Below, in pieces: positions 31,091 to 37,918 of a DNA stretch of 37,918 nucleotides. The notes beneath the pieces are model-generated. The model saw only the letters and a program-made list of their open reading frames with translations. It did no database searches and was not told the origin of the DNA. The stretch comes from Candidatus Moranbacteria bacterium RIFCSPLOWO2_12_FULL_48_12 (GTDB lineage Bacteria > Patescibacteriota > Minisyncoccia > Moranbacterales > UBA1568), in contig MFSB01000006.1 of the NCBI GenBank assembly GCA_001784735.1, positions 1 to 37,918 of the forward strand, read 5' to 3'. A program made the translations under genes and the position numbers. How positions within the stretch are numbered: position 1 is the stretch's first letter; each line of letters begins with the position of its first letter.

Positions 31091-31519
31091 AAATGATTTT
31101 TTTCTAAAGTACGCCCTGATTGCTTCTTCATAACCATTTACAAAGTCATAGTGTTCCATATCTGCCTCTATAATCCAGGCATATTCTGTATGTTCATGAC
31201 TCAAAGTGACCTCGCCGGAGATATAAGAACAATCAAACCCAGCCAGAAACACCCACTCCCCATTCGGAAACTGGCGTCTGAAAACGTGGAACACTTCTCC
31301 CACGATAATTTCTATCGAGCCGCATTCTTCTCTTACTTCCCGCAAAAGAACGTCTATAAGCGGGGTTCTCTCTTCACTTTCCGTAATTCTTCCGCCGGGG
31401 ATTTCCCATTTTTTCCCACTCGGATATTTTTCAGATGCGAACTCCCTCAAGATAAGCAACTTGCCATCCTTTGCAATAAAAGCCTTGAGACCAACAAAAA
31501 AGAGCTTGTTATCTTCCAT
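31085..31519 (-). CDS. NUDIX hydrolase
   Basis: WEIPGGRITESEERTPLIDVLLREVREECG Nudix box; LSHEHTEYAWI. ATG 31519 (or 31528) is preferred because the longer ORF runs through tRNA relics. Confidence 0.9.
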   Translation of the reverse strand: MEDNKLFFVGLKAFIAKDGKLLILREFASEKYPSGKKWEIPGGRITESEERTPLIDVLLREVREECGSIEIIVGEVFHVFRRQFPNGEWVFLAGFDCSYISGEVTLSHEHTEYAWIIEADMEHYDFVNGYEEAIRAYFRKKSFL

Positions 31520-31541
31520 AGCTTGCATGAGAGAATTATTC

Positions 31542-31588
31542 TGTCGGAGCACCCGGAATCCCCGCCTGCCGTCGGGCAGGGAACCGGA
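31542..31588 (-). pseudogene. relic tRNA-Pro-like 3' end with a 20-nt hairpin insertion in the T-loop
   Basis: TCCGGTTC[31561-31580]GATTCCGGGTGCTCCGACA on the minus strand. Confidence 0.72.
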
Positions 31589-31597
31589 ACTAAAATT

Positions 31598-31617
31598 TGG
31601 TCGGGGTGCTGGGAATC
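31598..31617 (-). pseudogene. duplicate of the tRNA-Pro(TGG) 3' end, with CCA
   Basis: GATTCCCAGCACCCCGACCA; 18 nt are identical to the intact gene's 3' end. Confidence 0.8.
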
Positions 31618-31715
31618 CCCTTCGGGCCTGGGCTATCCTGCGAGACAGGTTAGCCCTTCTCTTCCCAACGCAAGTGAAGCAGTTCACTTGCTTCACCCGC
31701 CTTCACTTCGTTTTG

Positions 31716-31786
31716 TCGGGGTGCTGGGAATCGAACCCAGTCAACATGCTCCCAAAGCATGCGTACTACCGGTATACGACACCCCG
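31716..31786 (-). tRNA. tRNA-Pro(TGG)
   Basis: CGGGGTG TC GTAT ACCGGTA GTAC G CATGC TTTGGGA GCATG TTGA CTGGG TTCGATT CCCAG CACCCCG A. Confidence 0.94.
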
Positions 31787-31809
31787 AAAATTTAATACGA
31801 AACTATGTG

Positions 31810-31876
31810 TTCCTAAACTTGCGTATTTACCCGCCATAGTTCTTACGGCGGCGGGCTGCCACTATACTACTCTCCG
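31810..31876 (-). pseudogene. degenerate tRNA-Pro-like 5' half with a 30-nt hairpin insertion
   Basis: CGGAGAGTAGTATAGTGGCAG[31826-31855]TACGCAAGTTTAGGAA on the minus strand. Confidence 0.65.
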
Positions 31877-31898
31877 GATTGAGATGCGACGGGGCAAG

Positions 31899-31968
31899 AA
31901 GCATGCGTACTATCCGCCTCGACTCGCTTCGCTTGCCGACGCGAGGCGGGCCGGTATACGACACCCCG
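31899..31968 (-). pseudogene. exact copy of the tRNA-Pro(TGG) 5' 32 nt with a 38-nt hairpin insertion in the D-loop
   Basis: Removing 31913-31950 gives a sequence identical to 31755-31786. Confidence 0.88.
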
Positions 31969-31970
31969 AT

Positions 31971-32003
31971 AGCTATAATCCCGCCGAGGCGGGATTATAG
32001 CTC
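31971..32003 (-). terminator. strong hairpin downstream of hup (terminator-like or repeat)
   Basis: AGCTATAATCCCGC-cgag-GCGGGATTATAGCT; there is no clear U tract on the minus strand. Confidence 0.45.
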
Positions 32004-32057
32004 TATCTTTTTTTCCGCCATCCGCCAACCGGCGGAGCGGGGTTGCAGATCCTCAAA

Positions 32058-32339
32058 CTATCTTACCGCTTCTTTCAAGGTCTTGCCAGCGGTGAACTTC
32101 GGAACCGTCATAGCCGGAATCATAATCTTGGCCTTTGTCTGAGGGTTGATCCCCTCGCGAGCGGCACGATTCGAAACTTTGAAGGTGCCAAAGCCAGTGA
32201 GAGTCACTTTGTTGCCCTTGCCGAGCTCCGCTGTGACACAATCGATGACGCATCCCAAAACTGCCTCTACATCTTTCTTGGCAAGCTCAGTTTTGTCAAC
32301 AACCATGTGAACGAGTGTATCTTTATTTACATTTTGCAT
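32058..32339 (-). CDS. hup: DNA-binding protein HU
   Basis: NKDTLV, VTLTGFGTFKV, RAAREGINPQT, VPKFTAGKTLKEAV; ATG 32339. Confidence 0.96.
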   Translation of the reverse strand: MQNVNKDTLVHMVVDKTELAKKDVEAVLGCVIDCVTAELGKGNKVTLTGFGTFKVSNRAAREGINPQTKAKIMIPAMTVPKFTAGKTLKEAVR

Positions 32340-32452
32340 ACTTTTCACCTGCCCTTCTAGTTTAGACCCGAGGCGCATTCGCCGCCGGAGCGCAGATTAC
32401 TTATCACCTGCCTCTATTCTAAGCCTTTTTTCTAAAGAGTGCAATCCCTAAG

Positions 32453-32553
32453 CCCCGTTAGAAGTCTGTCAAAACCAACCATGAAGACTCCTTATCTGAA
32501 TATCTTTAGTCGCCTGTTTTTAACCATACGCCCCAGTCAGACTTCTAACGGGG
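32453..32553. mobile_element. 101-bp inverted-repeat-bounded element
   Basis: TAAG|CCCCGTTAGAAGTCTG ... CAGACTTCTAACGGGG|TAAG; perfect 16-bp arms. Confidence 0.78.
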
Positions 32554-32597
32554 TAAGCCATTTTGCTCATCTACAAAATTGAGCACAGACGGACAAA

Positions 32598-34130
32598 TTA
32601 CCTTGCATACTCGATCGCCCTCGTCTCGCGGAACACGTTCACTTTGATCTCGCCCGGATATTTTAGCTCTTCTTCGATACGCTTGGCAATATCGCGCGCC
32701 AGCTTCATAGCGCTCAAGTCATCCGTTTTCTCCGGATTGACGAATATGCGCACTTCGCGTCCGGCCTGAATGGCATAGGATTTCTCCACCTCCGGAAAAG
32801 AGTTGATGAGCGCTTCCAATTCTTCCAAACGCTTGATATATTTCTCTGCGGTTTCTTTGCGCGCCCCCGGACGAGCGGCAGAAATAGCGTCCGCTCCGGT
32901 CACAATGAACGATTCAGTGGTTTGGTGCGGGTATTCATCATGATGGCATTTCATCGCATCGATGACGTTCTGCCCGATGCCGAACTTTTCCAAAATACGC
33001 ATCCCGATCTTCACGTGTGTGCCCTCGATCTCATGGTCTACCGCTTTGCCGATATCATGCAAGAGCCCAGCCTTCTTGGCACAGGCGACATCCGCTCCCA
33101 ATTCAGCGGCCAAAGCGCCCGCCAAATAGGAAACTTCCAAAGAATGGAGCAAAACGTTCTGTTTGTAGCTGTACCGGTAGCGCAGACGCCCCAGAATATA
33201 GAGCAGTTTCGGATGCAGTCCGGCAATCCCGGCATCATAGGCCGCCGCTTCGCCCGATTCCTTGATCTTCGTATCCAGCTCCTTCTTGGCCTCCTCCACC
33301 GCTTCTTCGATGCGCGCCGGATGGATGCGTCCATCGGCTACGAGTTTTTCCAGAGCGATGCGGGCGATTTCGCGCCGCACCGGATCGAAGCCGGAGATGA
33401 TCACCGTTTCCGGCGTATCGTCCACAATAAGCTCTACGCCGGTTTCCTTTTCCAGCGCCCGGATATTCCGGCCTTCCTTGCCGATAATCTTTCCTTTTAC
33501 TTCGTCGGAAGGAATAGTCACCGTGGTCGTCGTAAATTCAGAAACATGGGAACGGGCATATTTCTGGATGATCGTCGCCATAATGTTGAGCGAGCGCTTT
33601 TCCAATTCCTCGTGGCTTTCGTTCTCCAGCTTCGACATGCGTTTCACCAAAGCCTCCTGGCTTTCCTCCTCAACCAGAGCAAAAATTTTTGTTTGAGCCT
33701 CTTCTTTGGAAAGCTGCGACACTTTTTCCAAACGCGTCAGTTCTTCCTCCCGTAATTTTTCCGCTTCCTCGCGAATCGCTTTGATTTCCTCGGCTTTTTG
33801 AAGCAAACGGCGCTTTTCCGTGTCGATCTCCTGGATCCCTTTTTCCGTCTGCGCCTCACGCTTCTCAAGACGACCTTCCTGAATAAGAAATTTCGCCTCC
33901 CGCGCCTGCTCGTTTTTCTTGGCCTCTTCAAGGATATCGACGGCCTTGTTCTTGGCCTCGATCGTCATTTCTTTCGCCTTCATTTCGGCCTCTTCCACCA
34001 TTTTTGCCGCCTGGCCTTCGGCGGTAGACAGCTGCCTTTTGGCGAGATTCTGCCTAACCAGATACCCCAACACCGCGCCGGCTATCAAAAGCCCGGCGGA
34101 AAGAAAAAAATACATCAGACTGAATGTCAT
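32598..34130 (-). CDS. rny: ribonuclease Y
   Basis: N-terminal TM, coiled coil, KH motif ([16 protein letters not shown]), [13 protein letters not shown] motif (GLLHDIGKA), [10 protein letters not shown]; ATG 34130 is inferred. Confidence 0.97.
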   Translation of the reverse strand: MTFSLMYFFLSAGLLIAGAVLGYLVRQNLAKRQLSTAEGQAAKMVEEAEMKAKEMTIEAKNKAVDILEEAKKNEQAREAKFLIQEGRLEKREAQTEKGIQEIDTEKRRLLQKAEEIKAIREEAEKLREEELTRLEKVSQLSKEEAQTKIFALVEEESQEALVKRMSKLENESHEELEKRSLNIMATIIQKYARSHVSEFTTTTVTIPSDEVKGKIIGKEGRNIRALEKETGVELIVDDTPETVIISGFDPVRREIARIALEKLVADGRIHPARIEEAVEEAKKELDTKIKESGEAAAYDAGIAGLHPKLLYILGRLRYRYSYKQNVLLHSLEVSYLAGALAAELGADVACAKKAGLLHDIGKAVDHEIEGTHVKIGMRILEKFGIGQNVIDAMKCHHDEYPHQTTESFIVTGADAISAARPGARKETAEKYIKRLEELEALINSFPEVEKSYAIQAGREVRIFVNPEKTDDLSAMKLARDIAKRIEEELKYPGEIKVNVFRETRAIEYAR

Positions 34131-34413
34131 ATATATGCGCTGCCCGGAGCCGATAACCCGAAGAGAGCGCCAGAACGCCGCCCATGGCAAAAAGGGCTGT
34201 TCTATTTTCAGATGCAAAATGTGTCAAAAAGTTCTGTAACATAATGCCTAAAACGCTTTTACACTCTTCCTAAACCTCGCTATCGAACTTAAGGCAGATA
34301 TCAACTATTTAATGCTGTATGTCCATCATAGTCGCAGAGGAGCCTTTTGTCAAAGGAAGAAGAATGTTATCATACGAAAAGAATCGAAAGTAAAAAACCT
34401 TACATATAAAAAA

Positions 34414-35979
34414 ATGTATAAACCGCTTGTCCTCATTGTTCTTGATGGCTGGGGCATCTCGAACAGCATCCAAGGCAATCCTATCCGGGAAGCCACCCTG
34501 CCGACTTTTGAAAAATTGAACCGTTTCTACCCAATGACGACGCTTCAGGCTTCGGGAATTTCGGTCGGCTTGCCATGGAACACCGCGGGGAATAGCGAAG
34601 TCGGCCATATGACGATGGGCGCCGGGCGCGTCATCTACCAGAATATGCCCCGCATCTCACTTTCTATCCAAGACGGCAGTTTTTTCAAAAATGAAGTGCT
34701 CCTCGATACCATCAATACAGTCAAAAAAAACAAAAGCAAGCTTCATCTGATGGGGCTTATCAGTTCCGGTTCGGTTCACTCGCACCGAGATCACTTGCTT
34801 GCGCTCCTGCGCCTCGTCAAAAATGAGGGGCTGAGCGAAGTCTATGTCCACGTCTTTACCGACGGCCGCGATTCGGCCCCGACCGCCGGAATACAGCAGG
34901 TCAAAGAGTTGACTCGCGAAATGCGCCTCGTCGGCATCGGAAAAATCGCCAGTCTTTCCGGCCGCAATTTCTCCATGGATCGCAACAATAACTGGGATCG
35001 CATCGAAAAAACCTACCGCATGCTAACCGAGGGATCGGAGAAAACAGCCACGGATCCTCTCATCGCTCTCGAACAATCTTATATCAAGAACATCACCGAC
35101 GAATACATCGAGCCAACCGTGATCACCGAAAAAGATAAGCCCATCGCGCTCATCAAAAACAAAGATGCGGTCATCTTTTTCAATTTCCGCGAAGATCGGG
35201 CGCGCGAATTGACTAAAGCCTTCACTGTGCCCGATTTCGACGGCTTCCAGCGGAAACTCCTCGACATCCACTTCACCACTTTCACGGAACATGAGCGCGG
35301 ATTGCCGGCCCACATCGCATTCCCGCCGGAGGACGTGGAACACTCTCTCGGCGAGACCCTGAGCCTCCGCAGCAAGAAACAGCTCCGCATCGCTGAAACG
35401 GAAAAATACGCCCACGTTACCTACTTTTTCAACGGCGGCAAGGAAAAAGCCTTCCCCGGAGAGGATCGTCTCCTCATCCCCTCCCCCACTGTTTCGCACT
35501 TCGATGAGATTCCGGAAATGAGTTCGCCGCAAATTACCGAAGCGCTCATCGCCGCAGTGGAAAAAAATGAATATGATTTCATCCTCGTCAACTATGCCAA
35601 CCCGGATATGGTGGGACACACCGGCAATGAAGAAGCCTCTATCAAAGCCGTCGAGGCCACCGACAAGAGCCTCTCGATCGTCGTCCCGGCTGTCCTCAAG
35701 GCCGGCGGGGCGATGATTATCACGGCTGACCATGGCAACGTCGAGGAATTGAAGAAGGCTTCTACCGGAGAAGCCGATACCGAACACTCTACCAACCCGA
35801 TCCCGCTCTGGTATATCACCCCCGAGAACCACCGTGAAAAAGCCGCGGAGCAGATGATGCGCGAACAGAACGAAGTCAATGGCCTGCTCTCTGATATCGC
35901 TCCCACCGTTCTCGATATTATGGGCATCGAAAAACCCGCTGAAATGAACGGCGCCAGCCTCCTCCCGACGCTGAAATAA
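34414..35979 (+). CDS. gpmI: 2,3-bisphosphoglycerate-independent phosphoglycerate mutase
   Basis: LIVLDGWG, GNSEVGH, FTDGRD, AETEKYAHVTYFFNGG, NPDMVGHTG, TADHGN. Confidence 0.97.
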   Translation: MYKPLVLIVLDGWGISNSIQGNPIREATLPTFEKLNRFYPMTTLQASGISVGLPWNTAGNSEVGHMTMGAGRVIYQNMPRISLSIQDGSFFKNEVLLDTINTVKKNKSKLHLMGLISSGSVHSHRDHLLALLRLVKNEGLSEVYVHVFTDGRDSAPTAGIQQVKELTREMRLVGIGKIASLSGRNFSMDRNNNWDRIEKTYRMLTEGSEKTATDPLIALEQSYIKNITDEYIEPTVITEKDKPIALIKNKDAVIFFNFREDRARELTKAFTVPDFDGFQRKLLDIHFTTFTEHERGLPAHIAFPPEDVEHSLGETLSLRSKKQLRIAETEKYAHVTYFFNGGKEKAFPGEDRLLIPSPTVSHFDEIPEMSSPQITEALIAAVEKNEYDFILVNYANPDMVGHTGNEEASIKAVEATDKSLSIVVPAVLKAGGAMIITADHGNVEELKKASTGEADTEHSTNPIPLWYITPENHREKAAEQMMREQNEVNGLLSDIAPTVLDIMGIEKPAEMNGASLLPTLK

Positions 35980-36025
35980 CAGACAGTCAACAAACAACAG
36001 AAACGAAAAGCAAATTCTTAAATTT

Positions 36026-36056
36026 AAAAAACGAGCCAATTTCAGGCTCGTTTTTT
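36026..36056. terminator. bidirectional intrinsic terminator flanked by heptamer arrays
   Basis: AAAAAACGAGCC-aatttca-GGCTCGTTTTTT between convergent gpmI and clpP. Confidence 0.82.
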
Positions 36057-36101
36057 GCTGACTATGAGTTGCTTGCTTGTTAATTGTTAGTTGCTGACTG
36101 C

Positions 36102-36686
36102 CTACTCAATCACCTTGTCGACGATGCCATACTTCAAGGCTTCTTCCGCGCTCATGAAATAATCGCGTTCGGTATCCTGTTCGATCTTCTGGAGCTTCTG
36201 TCCGGTGTGCTTGGCGAGGATCTTGTTCAGACGGTCGCGGGTCTTGAGGATATGGCGAGCATGGATATCGACGTCGGTGGCCTGGCCTTGGGCGCCGCCC
36301 AATACCTGGTGGATCAGCACCTCGCTGTTGGGAAGAGCCATCCGCTTGCCTTTTTTCCCGGCAGCAAGCAAGAGCGCCGCAGCCGAAGCCGCCATGCCGA
36401 TACAGATGGTCTGCACTTCCGGCTTCACATACTGCATCGTGTCATAGATAGCCAGCGCCGATGTGACGGATCCGCCGGGAGAATTGATATACATCTTGAT
36501 ATCCTCTTTGGTGTTCTGCGATTCGAGAAACAAAAGCTGGGCAATCACCGCGTTGGCGACACCGTCATCGATCGGCGCACCGATGAAGATGATGCGATCC
36601 TTCAGCAAACGCGAGTAGATATCATAAGCGCGCTCGCCGAAACTCGTCTTCTCCACCACCATGGGAATGAGATATTGGCTTTTCAT
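36102..36686 (-). CDS. clpP: ATP-dependent Clp protease proteolytic subunit
   Basis: [32 protein letters not shown] (Ser), IHQ (His); ATG 36686. Confidence 0.97.
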   Translation of the reverse strand: MKSQYLIPMVVEKTSFGERAYDIYSRLLKDRIIFIGAPIDDGVANAVIAQLLFLESQNTKEDIKMYINSPGGSVTSALAIYDTMQYVKPEVQTICIGMAASAAALLLAAGKKGKRMALPNSEVLIHQVLGGAQGQATDVDIHARHILKTRDRLNKILAKHTGQKLQKIEQDTERDYFMSAEEALKYGIVDKVIE

Positions 36687-36972
36687 AATGCAAAATGTAA
36701 ATATCAAAGAATGAATACTCCTCGCGGCAAGCCGCGAGGTATCTTTGACAAATTTGTCTTTGATACTCGCCGCAAGCGGCGGGGAATTAGACCCTAATTG
36801 AGATTAAAATGACAATGTAAAATACAAAATTATTTTTTGCCACTTAGGACCATGGTACTTGAGACAGTAATACTAGCAACCTTAATCAATTCTTTCAAGG
36901 GTATCCCTACTATCTTAACATTTTTGAATTTTGATTTGTCATTTTCCATTTTGATTTTTGCACTTTGATTTT
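36687..36972. repeat. inverted heptamer-period arrays with nested GC-rich hairpins
   Basis: AATGCAAAATGTAAATATCAAA..AATGACAATGTAAAATACAAAAT opposite ATTTTTGAATTTTGATTTGTCATTTTCCATTTTGATTTTTGCACTTTGA; hairpins CCTCGCGGC-aa-GCCGCGAGG and CGCCGC-aa-GCGGCG. Confidence 0.65.
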
Positions 36973-37918
36973 TTAGAGTTTCTCCAAAAACTCGAAGGTT
37001 TTTCCGTTCCGCAATTGGCCGCGGGCGGCGCTATAAAGACGCTCCATATCGATATTTTTCTCGATATCTTTGGTGTTCTTGTAGTGTTGAAGCGTCTTGT
37101 TCATTTCTGCCTCAACATCCTTGGCATCGATTTCAATTCCTTCTTCATACGCGAGCGCGTCGAGAAGGATATGTGCGGCCAGACGATTTTTGGCCTGCGC
37201 TAGCCAGTCCTTTTTCAGTTCATCTTCCGTTTTTTTCATACGAGCGAGATAATCAGAAAAATTGAGCCCCATCGACTGGATCTGCAATTCAAATTCGCGC
37301 ACCATCCGATTTGATTCTTCCTTTACGAGAATCTCCGGATACTCGACTTCCGCATGTTCCACCAGCGCATCGAGGATCCGGGTGCGGTGTTCTGCTTTAT
37401 GCTTAGCTTTCTGTTCCTCTAGCATCCCAGATCTCAGGTTTTCTTTCAGCTTTTCCAATGATTCAAATTTTCCCAGCCTTTGAGCGAACGCATCATCGAT
37501 TACTGGGATTTCGCGCTCCTGTACCACTCCCACTTTCACCTGAAAGGTCGCTGGTTTTCCTGCTAGATGCTTGGCATGATATTCCGCCGGAAAAGTCAGT
37601 TCGAAGGTTTTTTCCTCGCCCTCCTTCATCCCCACCAATTGTTCTTCGAAACCGGGGATGAAGACGCCCTTGCCCAATACGAGCGGATGCTTTTCGCTCT
37701 TGCCGTTTTCTATGAGTACGCCATTCTGCAAGACGGAAAAGTTCACCAATACGTTGTCGTCGAGGCACGCTTCGCGATTCACCGTCACCAGCTTCGCACG
37801 CATATCGGCCAGTCTTTTCAATTCTGCATCGACTTCTTTTTCTTCAATGGTGGCCAGTTGCTTGGCAAAAGCTTTGTTCGCTTTTTTTACCGCGTCTCGC
37901 CAAGACCCGAGCACTGGC
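36973..37918 (-). CDS. tig: trigger factor (5' end outside the window)
   Basis: FKBP domain FIPGFEEQLVGMK..FPAEYHAKHLAGKPATF; IDDAFA; located upstream of clpP. Confidence 0.96.
   Translation of the reverse strand, partial: PVLGSWRDAVKKANKAFAKQLATIEEKEVDAELKRLADMRAKLVTVNREACLDDNVLVNFSVLQNGVLIENGKSEKHPLVLGKGVFIPGFEEQLVGMKEGEEKTFELTFPAEYHAKHLAGKPATFQVKVGVVQEREIPVIDDAFAQRLGKFESLEKLKENLRSGMLEEQKAKHKAEHRTRILDALVEHAEVEYPEILVKEESNRMVREFELQIQSMGLNFSDYLARMKKTEDELKKDWLAQAKNRLAAHILLDALAYEEGIEIDAKDVEAEMNKTLQHYKNTKDIEKNIDMERLYSAARGQLRNGKTFEFLEKL

Noticed and set aside
31520-32142. N-terminal extension of the NUDIX ORF and + strand ORFs 31461-32000 and 31879-32142
   Set aside because: They run through tRNA-Pro, its relics and repeats.
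34131-34300. 6S RNA or other ncRNA upstream of rny
   Set aside because: Only a short GC-rich patch is present, and I could not fold a 6S-like long hairpin with a central bubble.

Overview
Bacterial chromosomal window, most likely from a Patescibacteria (CPR/Parcubacteria) genome. This assignment is an inference from the DUF4012, RNHCP and lamin-tail genes, the short ThrRS and TsaB-like proteins, and the repeat families. Core genes are ftsK (partial), rpoC, rpoB, thrS, a yvcK-like gene, hup, rny, gpmI, clpP and tig (partial), plus tRNA-Gly(CCC), tRNA-Gly(TCC) and tRNA-Pro(TGG), interspersed with single accessory genes. The most striking signal is non-coding. (1) Every intact tRNA gene is accompanied by relic tRNA halves peppered with 19-41 nt hairpin insertions. 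(2) The intact tRNA-Gly(TCC) lies inside a 226-bp inverted-repeat-bounded segment inserted in the anticodon of an older, different tRNA-Gly(TCC). (3) A related hairpin element sits in frame inside rpoB. (4) Six inverted-repeat elements of about 100-160 bp share a terminal tetranucleotide. (5) A signal-peptide-bearing B12/radical-SAM gene lies between 33-bp direct repeats of the yvcK start. No transposase or integrase gene is visible in the window. All calls come from reading the sequence and motifs by eye; no database searches were run.
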